A stretch of DNA of 63,190 nt, filler included, from Octopus bimaculoides (lineage: Eukaryota), in the NCBI RefSeq assembly GCF_001194135.2. It is 7 parts of 7 records of this genome, joined end to end, with 100 filler letters (N's around TTAATTAATTAA, not from the genome) between each part and the next. Parts side by side here need not be neighbours in the genome. Positions count along the whole stretch, not along the records: positions 38,039 to 40,601 come from NC_068998.1; positions 40,702 to 44,205 come from NC_068997.1; positions 44,306 to 59,569 come from NC_068990.1; 4 more parts are not named here. One strand, 5' to 3'. The notes below the pieces were generated by a model that saw only the letters and a program-made list of their open reading frames with translations, had not been told where the DNA came from and did no database searches. This document shows positions 38,781 through 53,568 of the stretch, piece by piece; the stretch's first letter is position 1, and the number at the start of each line of letters is the position of its first letter. A program made the translations under genes and the position numbers.

Positions 38781-39067
38781 CTGGCAGAGGTAAATAAAAG
38801 GGAATAAAACACAGCAGCATGCTTTGATAATTGTCTTGTTAGTATTCTAAGATCTGTTCTAAGATCTCAAGGATATCGCCGGGAGAAGGCTTTATAATTA
38901 CACAAAAGTTATACAACCAGGCGAAGGCTGTGTCACTAGGCTATACAACTATGCGAACGATTTGTCACTAGTCTACATCAATACATTATATAACAAGGTG
39001 AAGGCTGTTACTAGACTATATCACAAGGTGAAGATTATATCACTAGGAGAAGGCTATATCACTAGGA

Positions 39068-39190
39068 GATAGTATCAAAAAGTTCCCTGACTATTTCTGT
39101 AGCGCGTTAACAGATGACATCACACGGTTGCGTGCGCAACGTGAGCCAGCGGTGACCCCTTCATGGGGCAGTGTACCGAATGATACCGCT
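39068..39190 (+). mobile_element. Mariner 5' end fragment followed by SINE B
   Basis: gtatcaaaaagttccctgact...taacagatgacatcacacggttgcgtgc matches the 5' end of the 27470-28003 element. Confidence 0.55.
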
Positions 39191-39490
39191 GGTTCCAGGT
39201 TCAGTTCCACAGCGTGGCACCTTAGGCAGGTGTCTTCAACTATAACCACAAGCCGGCCAAAGCCTTGTGAGTGGATTTGGTAGACGGAAACTGAAAGACG
39301 TTGTATGCATACGTACGTACACACATACATCTATATATGTATGATATGTGTGCCTTTGTGCAACCGGTGCTGGTTTGTTTACGCCCTCGTAATATAGCGG
39401 TTCGGCAAAAGAGATTGGTAGAAAAAGTACCAGGCTTAAAATAATTCAATGCGGCACTCCAGCATGACCGCAGTCTAATGACTAAGAAAT
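39190..39490 (+). mobile_element. SINE family B, 5'-truncated with full 3' end
   Basis: ggttccaggttcagttccacagcgtggcacc...gcactccagcatgaccgcagtctaatgact. Confidence 0.85.
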
Positions 39491-39679
39491 CTAAAATCTA
39501 AAATCTAAAAAAAATGATATACATATATATTATGTATGTGTGTATATATATANNNNNNNNNNNNNNNNNNNNNNNNNNNNNNNNNNNNNNNNNNNNNNNN
39601 NNNNNNNNNNNNNNNNNNNNNNNNNNNNNNNNNNNNNNNNNNNNNNNNNNNNATATATATATATATATATATACTCAGG

Positions 39680-40460
39680 CCTGTTCCCCATTTTTTAAGA
39701 GTAGGTAGCCACAAGACACACACCAGGCATTCCATTCATTTCCCGGCTCAAGGAGGCGAGCCCCCGTTTTATGCTCGGGTCAAGGCATAGAACGCAACCC
39801 CCAATATCAGTAGCGGGGCCCGACAGCATATACTGGTTCCGTATCCCTTTGAGCAACATCAAATTCACTCATCCATCCACAAACACTCTCCAAGCTTTCC
39901 TATCATTTATAAACTCTCTTGCTTCTCTCACTCCAACGCCTCTAACCACCAAAACTTTCTTCACTCCATTCAACCACACGAACCGAGGTCTACCTCAGGT
40001 TCTGCTGCCTACCACTTCAGCTTTTATCACCCTCCTTACAACCCGTTCATCATCCATCCTTTCCATGTGGCCAAGCTACTTCTAGCATTCGTCTATCCAA
40101 TTTGGTTGCTAGTTTTTCTCTCATTCCTGCTCGTCTTCGCACCTTCCTATTCCTCATCCAGTCCATCCGTGCCACACCAACCATATCCCTCACACATCTC
40201 ATCTCAAACACATCCAGTCGCCTCCTTTCCGCCTCTCTCAGACCCCCATGTCTCTGCACCATATAACATCGTCGGCACAATCACGCCCTCATACACACCT
40301 CTTTTCGCTTTCATACTCAACCGTTTCATCTCTCAGCATACCTTTCACAACTCCAAGTATCTTACTCCCCTCCCACTCTCTGTATTCCACCTCCTCAGGC
40401 AACTCCTCCCCCATCCACACCGTCACATGTGACCCCAGATACTTAAAAACACCTCCTCTA
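39680..40460 (-). mobile_element. 5'-truncated RTE-clade LINE (RT C-terminus and 3' UTR), frameshifted
   Basis: Minus frames: FKYLGSHVT, MKAKRGVYEGVIVPTMLYGAETWGLREAERRRLDVFEMRCVRDMVGVARMDWMRN, ending DRKAWRVFVDG*. Confidence 0.9.
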
Positions 40461-40701
40461 ACATCTTACCATTTATTAAAAAAAATGATGCTGGTCTTTA
40501 TTAATCAAAGAAAATATGGAAGAAAGAAGAATTGTATTGATGCCAACTTAATCTTGTTTTCTCATCAATAAAGGGGGGGGGGAGATATATAGATATTTTT
40601 ANNNNNNNNNNNNNNNNNNNNNNNNNNNNNNNNNNNNNNNNNNNNTTAATTAATTAANNNNNNNNNNNNNNNNNNNNNNNNNNNNNNNNNNNNNNNNNNN
40701 N

Positions 40702-41585
40702 AAGTAACTGGAATACATATGATTCGAATTTCATCAAAATTGCACACGAGGGTTCTTTCCCTCTTTACACACCCTAAAACATTCTAATCATGAGACATGT
40801 ATCCCATACTATTGATCTTTATGCACATATTCCAAAATTTCAGTCTTCTGGAACCTGTAAAAAGGATTTTGCTCCTGAAAAATGGAGCTCATGGAGCTCT
40901 AAAATATGGGAATGAAGGCCCCCATTGGGGGTGGGTGTGTTAATGTCAACCAGAGAATTTGAATTGTTGGGAATGTTTTTAACTTGGGTCTTATAGTATG
41001 CCTGTATATATGTGAGAGTATGCTTTCACTTTAATAGTTTCAATATGAAATTGAAAGTATTAAAGTGAAAGTATTTGAAATTACAGTAGCCACATGTTAT
41101 TGCTTCACTTTTGACACGTAATACTGAAATAGTGGAATAGTTTCAGTGTTAAAGTGAAAGTACCAGACATTACAGTAGTGTGATGTTATTGTTTCATTTT
41201 TGACACGTAATACTGAAATAGTAGAGGAGATATGATATTGCCGTAGGCTCGAACTATGCAAGAAGTTAAAAAATTTTTGGGCCTCAGACACTACCTGGAC
41301 CCTAAGTAAGGTATGTGTTAATTTGGAATGAAATCCGTTGTGTAGTTCTCGAGTTTTAGGGATTCACACAGACACACATTCTCATCTTTATTTATCTGAT
41401 GTTTATGCGCACATTCCAAAATTCCAGTGTTATGGACCCTGTAAAAAGGATTTTGCTCCTGAAAAATGGAGCTCATGGAGCTGAAAAATGTGGAAGTAAA
41501 GGTTCCTATTGGGAGTGGGTGTGTTAATGTCAACCAGAGAAGTTGAATTGTTGGGAATATTTTTTAACTTGGGTCTAATATGCAT
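40702..41585 (+). mobile_element. Tandem non-autonomous Helitron/DINE-1-like element units
   Basis: 40812-41000 recurs at about 41395-41585 directly after a 3' end (gttgtgtagttctcgagttttagggattcacacagacacacattctc). There is an internal ~75-90 bp tandem repeat and no TIR was found. Confidence 0.5.
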
Positions 41586-42813
41586 TNNNNNNNNNNNNNN
41601 NNNNNNNNNNNNNNNNNNNNNNNNNNNNNNNNNNNNNNNNNNNNNNNNNNNNNNNNNNNNNNNNNNNNNNNNNNNNNNNNNNNNNNNNNNNNNNNNNNNN
41701 NNNNNNNNNNNNNNNNNNNNNNNNNNNNNNNNNNNNNNNNNNNNNNNNNNNNNNNNNNNNNNNNNNNNNNNNNNNNNNNNNNNNNNNNNNNNNNNNNNNN
41801 NNNNNNNNNNNNNNNNNNNNNNNNNNNNNNNNNNNNNNNNNNNNNNNNNNNNNNNNNNNNNNNNNNNNNNNNNNNNNNNNNNNNNNNNNNNNNNNNNNNN
41901 NNNNNNNNNNNNNNNNNNNNNNNNNNNNNNNNNNNNNNNNNNNNATCAATAAATGTCTTAGAACAACCAGTCACTCATCTGGGAAGGCCTTGAAATCAAT
42001 GTTACCAACTGGGGACAGTGATAATAAAAAGACTGAAAGGAGGTCTGCAACGAAATAATTTTACTCAACACTTTGCAAGTGAATCAGTGGAGGCAAAGAT
42101 GCGTCTCATTTATTTGACAATTTATGCACCACATTGCAGAAATCACAATGTAAGTATATCTGAAAGGATAATCTTACACTGCTGTACCGTTGAATTACAA
42201 ACAATGGTCATCTGTTATGTTTGGGTGACCCTATAGCTTCCAATAATACAACTGTACTCGTCTTTGTTTAGGAAAAATGACTAAATTATGGGTGTGAATT
42301 CCCCATGAAGGGGTCTTTGTAACTTCTAAGAAGAAGAAATTTTACAAATATTACTTTATTTTTGTGTAATATGTATGGTTAAAATTTCATGAACATCAAA
42401 AATATATGAATTTTCATGGGGGTTATGACCGTTATGCATAGAATAAAATTTCCAAATTTCANNNNNNNNNNTATATGAATTTTCATGGGGGTTATGACCG
42501 TTATGCATAGAATAAAATTTCCAAATTTCATAAAGATCCATTCAGTACTTTTGACGTAGTTTTGGATAAATATGTAAATGACTAATGTGTGTGTTTGTGT
42601 GCATGTGTATGTGTGTGTGTGTGTGTGGGTGTATATAGTATAGATATCTGTATGCATGTATATATGTGTACATATTACATGTACATCTATATATATATAT
42701 ATACATCTACACATATGTATACATATACATGTATGTATTTAGATCTATATCTATGTATATATATATACATATACGTGTACATATACATCTATATGTATAC
42801 ATGTATACATATA

Positions 42814-42931
<118 letters not shown>

Positions 42932-42984
42932 GATGAATACATTTGTGCAGATATATATATGGATGTATGTACGTATATATGTAC

Positions 42985-43365
42985 GTATGCCTGTATATAT
43001 GTGAGAGTATAGTTTCACTGTAGTAGATTCAGTATGAAAATGAAACCATTAAATTGAAAGTATCTATCATTACAGTATCGAAATGTGATTGTTTTAGTTT
43101 TGATACTGAAATAGTGGAATAGTTTCATTTTTAAAGTGAAAGTATTTGACATGAGTGTTTTTGTTTCACTTTTGACACGTAGTGGAGGAGATATGATGTT
43201 GCTGTGGGCTCGAACTATGCAAGAAGTTAAAAAAATTTTTTTGACTAAGTAAGGCATGTATAAAATTTGAATGAAATTGGTTGTGTAGTTCTCGAGTTTT
43301 AGGGATTCACACAGACAGACAGACAGACAGACAGACACACATTCTCAATTTTATATATAGAGAGA
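42985..43365 (+). mobile_element. Further copy of the 3' half of the Helitron-like element
   Basis: Colinear with about 40993-41395. Ends in (CAGA)n-cacattctcaattttatatatagag. Confidence 0.55.
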
Positions 43366-43375
43366 TATATAATCG

Positions 43376-43520
43376 ACTTGTTTCCGTCATTAGACTGCGG
43401 CCATACAGTACTTTTTTAAAGCCTGGTACTTATTCCCTTGATCTCTTTTGTCGGACCGTTACGTTACAGGGACGTAAACACACCAAAACCGATTGACAAG
43501 CGGTGGTGGGAGACAAATAC
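43376..43520 (-). mobile_element. SINE family B 3' half
   Basis: gacttgtttccgtcattagactgcggcc...gggacgtaaacacacc. Confidence 0.75.
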
Positions 43521-44021
43521 ACACACACGCGCGCGCGCATACAGACACTCACATACACATAACAGTGTAGTTAAAAAGTTCACTTTGATACTCGTGATCC
43601 CACTGACCGACATTTTGCACAAGCCTCTGGTTCACCGATACTCTGTGAGTGTAATTTGGTAAATAAAACAACGCGAAAATATATATACTCATATGTAGGT
43701 ATATATAAACAGACACGCACATACATATCTGCATATCCATGTTGAGCGACGTAAATTGAGACGAGTGAGCTATGCGTTAAGTGGAACCAGGGTGGTGTGT
43801 GGCAAGGCAAGCTTTGGATTGGAACTAAGAGAAGGGAAACGGTAGAGCACGTGATAGCCACCTGGCAGACAAAGGAGTGAAGGCGAAAAGGGTGACAAGG
43901 AACAAAATAAAAATAAAAATATGAGGAGCATGTTGGAAGACTTCTCCGGAGAGCGAGCTTACGTTCTGCTTTGGATCCAAACAGGGTATGACGATAACAC
44001 ACGCACGCACACACACACTCG

Positions 44022-44074
<53 letters not shown>

Positions 44075-44367
44075 TAATACATGTATTTAAATATAAAAAT
44101 ACATACTTTCTCCTTCATATGTATAATATGATATATATATGATAGATATATAGATGTAAATATATTTATGTGTGTATATGTTGCTCCATTCTCCACACAT
44201 ATATANNNNNNNNNNNNNNNNNNNNNNNNNNNNNNNNNNNNNNNNNNNNTTAATTAATTAANNNNNNNNNNNNNNNNNNNNNNNNNNNNNNNNNNNNNNN
44301 NNNNNTATATATATATTTATATATATATATGCTTACATATGTTTACATATATGTATATACTCCTTAC

Positions 44368-44525
44368 TACTATAGGCACAAGGCCTGAAATTTGGGGAAG
44401 AGGGCCGTTCAATGAGATCGACCGCAGTACGCAACTAGTACTTAATTTATTGACTCCGAAAGGATGGAAGGCAAAGTCGACCTCGGCGGAATTTGAACAT
44501 AGCGACGGGCGAAATACCGCTAAGC
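44368..44525 (-). mobile_element. SINE family A
   Basis: aaggatggaaggcaaagtcgacctcggcggaatttgaac. Confidence 0.75.
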
Positions 44526-45506
44526 ACTCACAAACTTTTACTCAAAGTTTCACACAATTGATCATCAATGGTGAGTATTTAGAACAATGCAATGGTTCAT
44601 AAGCATTTATAAATATTCCCCATTACCAACTCATCGAATAGATATTGTAAGGTAGTAGGTAGTTGGGGAATTACTTTTCAAAATGATATGGAACTGTAGG
44701 ATGAAAGCGATTAAAAGTATCGAAAAATGTTATAAGCTTTGAGATGGGTCGAATTAAAATTAACAATCGGATAGCGTAAATCATCAATCATCTTAGAAAC
44801 GGGTATAAAAGTGCAGACAATAAGACAGATCTTAGAATTGAAAATCAAACCAAGTGCAAGAGTGTATCACAGAAAATATATACAAATAAAATTAATTAAT
44901 AAACGAATTAAGAATAAGCTTCTTATGGAGGTGGAGTAATTGCGGTTATGAAAAAAATAGAAGGGAAACACAAGATAATGCTAAAGAGAAGAAGTAAAAG
45001 AAAGAAGAAAAAGAGCAAGGAAAACAAAACTGTGACGAAGTGATACATATATGAGTGCATATTGTGTATGTGCTATAACGTCATGTAGTGTTTATAAGTT
45101 TAAGAGGGGGCTGGCAACGATAGGAAAAGCATTTCGATGGATAGAACCAAGCCTGACTCTGAGAAGCATAGAAAAGCTGATCGAAATAATGACTAACTAA
45201 ATGCAGTTTATACAATAATATGGATACAAAAAACACGTGTAGACAAAAGATGTTCATAGAATAAAGTGTAAGTAGAATCAAATGTATTACAGTGTATAGA
45301 AAAAATGTACACATCAAAAAATAATGTTTACTGGCGTAATTGTTCATATGAAAAACACAGGCGCAGTAAAATGTCTATTGAAACAAGGCAGGTTAAATCC
45401 AATTTCTAAATATGTTTCAGTATTGTAAAAATATATATCTTCATACACACCTATATACCTATACACACGTATAGATGTACATCTTTATACATATAGGCAT
45501 TCGTAA

Positions 45507-45588
<82 letters not shown>

Positions 45589-45966
45589 ATACATACAATT
45601 GTAATTCAGATGTAATTCCGCCCCACCCGCGAAAATTGCACTTCATATTCGAGACCCCGATGAAGCTATAAGGTGTTATTAAGGTACTCAACTGTGAGTC
45701 CACGGTATCTCATAAACGAAACAGCTGTAAGCTAATAAAGTTCATAAGATAATCATTTATTCCTTTGTCATCTCTTTCTCAGAGAGAACAACCCCACAAA
45801 AAAAAAATAAATAAACAGAAAACAAAAACAAAAGCAAACAGACAAAACCTCTACGATAAAACTATTTTTCGTGATAATTCAAATAAGATTGGAAATGATT
45901 AGGATAAATGGAAAAAAATACGATGACTTCATCAGATAATCCAATGTATGTCTATATGGACACACG

Positions 45967-46032
<66 letters not shown>

Positions 46033-49000
46033 NNNNNNNNNNNNNNNNNNNNNNNNNNNNNNNNNNNNNNNNNNNNNNNNNNNNNNNNNNNNNNNNNNNN
46101 NNNNNNNNNNNNNNNNNNNNNNNNNNNNNNNNNNNNNNNNNNNNNNNNNNNNNNNNNNNNNNNNNNNNNNNNNNNNNNNNNNNNNNNNNNNNNNNNNNNN
46201 NNNNNNNNNNNNNNNNNNNNNNNNNNNNNNNNNNNNNNNNNNNNNNNNNNNNNNNNNNNNNNNNNNNNNNNNNNNNNNNNNNNNNNNNNNNNNNNNNNNN
46301 NNNNNNNNNNNNNNNNNNNNNNNNNNNNNNNNNNNNNNNNNNNNNNNNNNNNNNNNNNNNNNNNNNNNNNNNNNNNNNNNNNNNNNNNNNNNNNNNNNNN
46401 NNNNNNNNNNNNNNNNNNNNNNNNNNNNNNNNNNNNNNNNNNNNNNNNNNNNNNNNNNNNNNNNNNNNNNNNNNNNNNNNNNNNNNNNNNNNNNNNNNNN
46501 NNNNNNNNNNNNNNNNNNNNNNNNNNNNNNNNNNNNNNNNNNNNNNNNNNNNNNNNNNNNNNNNNNNNNNNNNNNNNNNNNNNNNNNNNNNNNNNNNNNN
46601 NNNNNNNNNNNNNNNNNNNNNNNNNNNNNNNNNNNNNNNNNNNNNNNNNNNNNNNNNNNNNNNNNNNNNNNNNNNNNNNNNNNNNNNNNNNNNNNNNNNN
46701 NNNNNNNNNNNNNNNNNNNNNNNNNNNNNNNNNNNNNNNNNNNNNNNNNNNNNNNNNNNNNNNNNNNNNNNNNNNNNNNNNNNNNNNNNNNNNNNNNNNN
46801 NNNNNNNNNNNNNNNNNNNNNNNNNNNNNNNNNNNNNNNNNNNNNNNNNNNNNNNNNNNNNNNNNNNNNNNNNNNNNNNNNNNNNNNNNNNNNNNNNNNN
46901 NNNNNNNNNNNNNNNNNNNNNNNNNNNNNNNNNNNNNNNNNNNNNNNNNNNNNNNNNNNNNNNNNNATATATATATATATATAAATATATACACATATAT
47001 GTGTGTGTGTGTATGCTAACTGAGCAACCAAAGTATTTATGTTTTATGTTCATAAAGCGATGCATTTGGAGTATTCAAGTAACTGCTCAATATAGTGAGC
47101 ACCCATATATTATAGCTCTGTACTAAATGAATCCATAATTTCGTGTTTTTTGTGTTGGTATGTTTGCATAATTTTTGTTCAGCTACTCGCTTACGACATC
47201 GTGCCTAATCATGTGTTCATTCATGTATATCTCGTATGCCTTATTTACAATTTTATGCTCGGTTGCGTGACAATGCATAGGACCATCTTGGTGAATATGC
47301 ATGTCTATTAATAAAAGTCTACTCGAAATAATATCTTTTTATATTTGTCTACTTGTGAATGCAGGAGTAGGTCAGTGTATGCACTTATGATATAATCGAT
47401 ATTAAAAGTACTTTCACTTTACTTATGATAAAAATTGCAAACAAATTTTGAAAGATAAAGTTTGCGTGTGTAGAGAAAGAACTACTTACAAACGTTGTTG
47501 CGGTATGAAGTGCACTATTCACGACAAAGATGATGATGATGGTGACGACGACGACGACAACGACGACGACGATGATGATGATGTTTATTGGGATCAACAG
47601 TACACTTCGTACAATGACATCATTGATTGCCAATTCGGTCTCCACCACCAAACTTTGTTTTCAATCTTATCATAAGAAAGAAGAAAGTACACTTAGTATC
47701 GATCTGTGTTGCACAGTAACAGTCTCGATGGCCGGCAGTTCGATACAAGATTTATGTTTGTGGAGATTGACTTTAACATAAATATTGTTAATAGCACTCG
47801 ACAAATGAAATCACTTGGTTCTGTGGCACAATGTGTCGTCCATTTTGATTTTTTAGATGTTATAGTGTAATTTAAGAAAAATTTTGCTACTATTTCTAAC
47901 AGGTCATGGGACCACGTAAAGGTTTCGTCTTTATTGTGTGTGTTGTTCCCATGGAGACAAAAAGCTGCAACTTCCGGTTGGGTCGGTAATGTACGTTTCC
48001 GATTGACTGAAAGTACATTAGTTTAAATGCTTGTAGCTCTTTGCTGTTAATGTGATTTTCGCTACCAGCATGCTAAACTACATCAGAGTAGAAAATTCTT
48101 AAAAATCTGGTGAATATTTGGAATACTTGAAGTAGTCACAAGAATTTTATAAAAAGTCACAAGTTTGGCGGACAGGTAAATGTATACACATATAGCACTT
48201 GTCTACTCGTCTCCATTCCAACATCTCTGGGTGTGTTTGTGTGTGTGAGATTATTATATGTATGATATTGCTGCACATGGTAATATTTTTACCAGTAGTA
48301 GTTGAATCTGGTTTCGGTAGCTGCATGATTGATTATATGGTAAATACGTCAGCATTACAGCTGTGCTAGTAAATGGTGCTCAAGGGGATTGTGTAGTAGA
48401 CTTAGTTAGATTTTTTCCTTCCCCACCCCTATTCGTATTATTTACTCTCTTCATTTACAAATTTGATTCCATATTATTCATTCAGCCGAGACAAAAGCTT
48501 ATAATGATTAAATATGTCACCACGTACGTTTATCTTAATTATCGATTTCTTATAATGTACATTTTGGAAGAGGACAAGCTCAATTATAAGTAACAGCACT
48601 TGGCTATTATTTATTTTATTAACCCTGTGAAAATGAAACAAAATATAAATCCCAACGGGATTTGAAATCAAAGCCTAAAGAGACGTAACTAGAAGGTATT
48701 TTGTCTGATTCGCTGTCGATCCTACCAATACAATATATTCTTAACTACCAACAGCTTTGAATCCAAAAATTCAAGTTTGTATTCCAATTAATTTGTTAAC
48801 ATATTTCCATAACTAAAATACTGGAAATGAATTTTTCATTTCATCTAATTTTCGATGTTATGCCTCAGTAGGTGTATTACACCTTTTTATTCAGCAGAAA
48901 ATTAATTTTCTCCGCTCGAACTCATTCCAAGACTGAATAAATATAAAATCTATCTTAATCTTATCTTATTATTTCATGCTATTTATATTTCAAGTATTTC

Positions 49001-49525
49001 CACATTATTATTTTGACAGATTTCAAAATATAGTTCATAAAAATTCAAACAACTGAATAAGCAGACAATTATAAAATGCAATTTTTTTTTCTTGAGAATA
49101 AAACAAAAAGCAATTATTATTATTTTTTCTACGATTTCTGAGATCAGGGACAATAAAAATTTGTTGAAAAACTATTTATTTGAAATAGCCATTGGTGGCC
49201 ATTGATTTTATTCTGTGACATACGGTTCTGAACTTATGCAACCGTCATTTCTACAACGGCTGGATTTTTCATGTACTGCCTTCATTAGTTTGCAAGTTGC
49301 TTACAATCTCATTAGAGCTGCGGATAGTGTAGGGTAAACATGCAGAGAACAGAGTAAGAATGGAGGGATGTGGAAGTGTATGTGTGTGCGTGTGTACATA
49401 TAAAGCCTGGAAGTGTGAGAGGAGAAGATAGATTTATTTATCCATATGACTTCCATTACGTGATTGATAGATGATTCCGAAGGAGGAGCTTACTGTGAAA
49501 ACAACACGATTCTCTGAATCCATAT

Positions 49526-49652
49526 TCTATACTACTCTCCGATAAGTTACGGGGACGTAAACACACCAACATCGGTTGTCAATTGGTGGTGGAGGACAAA
49601 CACAGACACAAAGATTCACATGCGCATAAATAGACACACACGCGCACATACA

Positions 49653-49724
<72 letters not shown>

Positions 49725-49895
49725 CACACAGACACACACACACACACATATATACCACGGGTTTTCTTCAGTTTCGATCTACCAATTCCAATCACGAGGC
49801 TTTGGTCGGCCCGAGAGCTATAATAGAAGTCACTTGCCCAAAGTATCACGTTGTGGAATTGAACCCAGAGCTATGTGGTTGGGAAGCAAACTTCT
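49526..49895 (-). mobile_element. SINE family B
   Basis: aagttacggggacgtaaacacaccaacatcggttgtcaa...ggctttggtcggcccgagagctataatagaag. Confidence 0.85.
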
Positions 49896-50057
49896 TTATT
49901 TTATGAACTTGGCCATGAAGTCTGCTATCTGCATTCACGAGAATGCAGATAGCAAACAGTCAGTGCAAATGTTTGCCACAACAGCGTATTCCAGATTCTC
50001 ATTATTAGTTCTCTATCTCCTGTTTAATTGCATTCGCTATGGCTAAGTCTAACTTAC

Positions 50058-50109
50058 CTTGATAGGCTAAATGCTTGCCTGGGTACCAAAGACACAACTT
50101 CCTCAGTCT
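50058..50109 (-). CDS. Candidate 52-nt exon
   Basis: Acceptor tatgtatatacgcAG and donor AAG|GTAAGT. Reads TEEVVSLVPRQAFSLS or RLRKLCLWYPGKHLAYQ. Confidence 0.35.
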
Positions 50110-50747
50110 CTGCGTATATACATATACATAAAACACACATACACACGCACACACTCTCCTAAGAAAAAACTGTCTCAGCTAAGCAAATAACCTCCAAATT
50201 AATTAAAAATACTACTATATTCAGAACACCATTTCAGAAAATTATCACCGTTCTGAAAGACAAGTTTAGCTGGGGAAAAATGAATAAGAGAAGATAAGGT
50301 AAAGTTGCCTCTTTAATTCACCGCAATTACATTTGGAAAAAGACACACGACACGTCAATATCTATTCTTAGGAGTTCGAAAGATAAGAAATGCAACAAAA
50401 ATTTTTTAAAATTAGGTTTAATTAAAAAGGATTATGGAAAAATAGCACATGACATTAAATTAACGAAATTCAATTAAATCTAAAAACTCAGCATAAAATA
50501 TTCTTTATAGCATCTTGACGACCTAGAGTGGCCCTATACCCAATATTTTATGCACCCAGCAGTTAAAGGAGAAGAAATTATTGAAATTAGTCATTGCCCA
50601 TTTTGTCCTAATTTAGGCATAAATTTTTGAAAATTGATAATTATTAAATTAGACATTAGTGTGGGAAAAAATTGACTTGCAATCCAACACAGAGGAAATT
50701 GTTAAATGCTAAATTTTATTCAGATATTTTATTAGCACCCTCAATTA

Positions 50748-50974
50748 TAACCGGGTCAAAGTTGAAAAATTTCTTGAAAAGAGTACTTGCAGCTTGGCTA
50801 TGCTTCAAACTGTTTCAGCTTCAGCGATAACAAATGTGGTGACGAATTTTTATTTGTAAAGATGATGATGCAACAGTAGAAAATGACGATGCAATATTGG
50901 CAAAATGTAATTAAGTCCAAACAGGTAGGGAGAAAATAACGAAAACGCAGAAGTTATTCATTTTGCCCCGGTTA
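50748..50974. mobile_element. Candidate MITE with TA flanks
   Basis: TA-ACCGGGTCAAAGTTGAAAAATTTC versus the reverse complement of the right end, TA-ACCGGGGCAAAATGAATAACTTC. Confidence 0.45.
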
Positions 50975-51171
50975 ACAATTTTGCCTCTCCCATATATATA
51001 TATATATATATATANNNNNNNNNNNNNNNNNNNNNNNNNNNNNNNNNNNNNNNNNNNNNNNNNNNNNNNNNNNNNNNNNNNNNNNNNNNNNNNNNNNNNN
51101 NNNNNNNNNNNNNNNNNNNTATATATAAATGTATTTATAAAAATTATATTTTGGAGAAAACAACCTAATTA

Positions 51172-51232
<61 letters not shown>

Positions 51233-51503
51233 GTCTGTCTGTATGTATGTATGTATGTATGTATGTATGTATGTATATATATAATTTGAACAAATAAGTG
51301 TAATTCGATTAGTGTGTCTAAATGTTGAGTAGAGCACCGGCACACTTTAGGCTACCTGTTGTCATCCGCAGTTGTGGTACACTTCTGTTGGACCTACTTC
51401 AGGAACTCCGCAGTGACATTTAAGGTGTTAGTATTAATAGGAGATGGATTTAGTATTAAACTTTTATTAGGTACAACAAATGTTTCGACCCAGACCACAG
51501 ACA

Positions 51504-51555
<52 letters not shown>

Positions 51556-52604
51556 CATGTGCACGTGTTCATAATTATCAATTCGTATATTCAAAGCGGG
51601 CAAATGAATTTAAGATTTTTTTCAATGATTTTTACTGAAATAAATAAATATAGTTTCATAGTGTGGTAATATTTGGGAGTTTGTTTTTCTTTGTCTTTCC
51701 TAAACTTATTTCATATTTTCTGACATTTATTTAAAGTTATAAAGGAAGAATCTTAATAAAGCTTTCGTTAGATAAAATGGAACGTGTTTAAAACAAAGAA
51801 GCAAGAAACAAAAGAGCTCTATATGTTTGGCAGTTTCATTGAATCTCAGCTTTTTTCAAACAACTTTGATTTCTATCAAAAGTCGATTCTTATTTTTTTC
51901 AGCAAACATGTTTTCGTTTACTTTTTCAAGCACAGCATTTATTCTATAACATAATAATAATTTATAAGATTATATATCTGATAATAATATTCTATATGTC
52001 TGTTTGAGGGCAATAAAATAAAAGATTAATTTCTTGGTGAGATGAATGTTAGTTCTAGTTTTTATCTTCTTTTCAGTTAAATCTCAGAATCAGAAATTCA
52101 GAAAATGTCCCTCCCACTATCAGATTTCAAGTTCTATATTAATGGGAAAAATGAATATTATTTTCTCCGCGTACAAGTATAGCTGTGCAGTTAAGTCGTT
52201 TGATTCGCAAGCACACAGTTTCGAGTCCGATTACACTACTCGGGAACTTGTGCAAGGGCTTCCTGGTTGACAATGATCATTTAGTTGAATTCCTGTTCAA
52301 ACTGAATAGAGGTTTAGGTACTTATTTCTATGTTTCTATTTTACGAATTCACCAATACGTCTATTACTGGGATGTTTTCAGAAGTCTATCATGGCCAGAA
52401 TAATGTATACGAGAGAAAGAGAAAGAATACGAATTGAATCGCAAAGTAAGTGTTAAAATTCAGGAAATTCTCTGAAAGGAACCAGAATTCATTCAACAAA
52501 TTTCTATGGATTACATATCTGGGATAAGTTCGCCATGTTATAATATTTCTGAAGTCGTACCTCACCTTTAGAGTTGAAACACAGTTATCAATATTAACAT
52601 CTGA

Positions 52605-52820
52605 AGGTAGCGAACAGGCAGGATCGTTAGCACGTTGGGCAAAATGCCTAGCGTATTTCGTCTGGCTTTATGTTCTGAGTTCAAATTCCACCGGGGCCGA
52701 CTTCTCCTTTTATCTTTCCGAACTTGATAAAATAAGTACCAGTTCGGCACTGGCGTCGATGTAATCGACTTACCCACACACCTGAAATTTCTGGCCTTGT
52801 GCCAAAATTTGAAACCAATA
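52605..52820 (+). mobile_element. SINE family A monomer
   Basis: ggatcgttagcacgttgggcaaaatg...ttctgagttcaaattccaccggggccgact...ggccttgtgccaaaatttgaaacc. Confidence 0.8.
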
Positions 52821-53281
52821 TAAATATCTATTTTCCGGTTGATCTGATCTCCAATTTTCAGTACACAGTAACCGACTAGATTCAAGCGAAGAACCTTTAA
52901 AATGCGTTTGTAGCTTATTGATTAAAAACATTATTACTCATAATTCAAAATAAAGATTCCGAGTCCTAATGTGATCTGGTACTGTGTACACATCCTTGAA
53001 AAAGAAAATTAATGGCAATTGCACATGACATCAATCGAAACCTAGTATCGATGTACAGATAAAAAATTGCACACTTGAAAGCTGATGCTCGAAAACTTTG
53101 AAATTGTTTATTTGTTTAATTCTTTTCAGTTGAAGCGAATATCTGCCTGGCAGTAACACAAACATAAATCCACACAAGAATCACCGCCAACTCACCAGAT
53201 TACCATTCCTCAGCAACTCAGATAACCGTTCGTATTCTAACCCATAGTTTTACCCAGTAGCACTGAAACTTTTCTGCTTCT

Positions 53282-53505
53282 ATGCATAACAGTTGTCAAG
53301 CGATAGTGGGCGGACAAACACAGGTGAAAAGTTGCACACACACACACACGTACGTCGGGGTTCTTTCAGTTTCCATCTACGAAATCTTTGGTCTGTCTGA
53401 GGATAAAGTAGAAGACACTTGCCCAAGATGCCACGTAGTGCGACTGAACTCGGATCAATGTGGTAGGTAAGCAAGCTACTTATCACAGAGCCACGCTTAC
53501 GCCTA
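53282..53505 (-). mobile_element. SINE family B
   Basis: tagaagacacttgcccaagatgccacgtagtg...ggtaagcaagctactt. Confidence 0.8.
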
Positions 53506-53524
53506 TGTGCATACATACCTACAA

Positions 53525-53568
<44 letters not shown>

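Noticed and set aside
38915-39065. Degenerate aggcgaaggct/tcactagg minisatellite
   Set aside because: Irregular period and no further structure.
42403-42530. 59-bp exact direct repeat either side of a 10-N gap
   Set aside because: Typical unmerged contig overlap. The duplication at about 34290-34484 next to a gap is suspect for the same reason.
47478-47665. Minus frame GNQ*CHCTKC...HHHHRRRR suggesting a selenoprotein; plus frame Cys/Asp-rich ORF
   Set aside because: The His/Arg/Asp runs are a trinucleotide repeat, a TAG follows in frame, no SECIS was seen and no clean open exon could be built.
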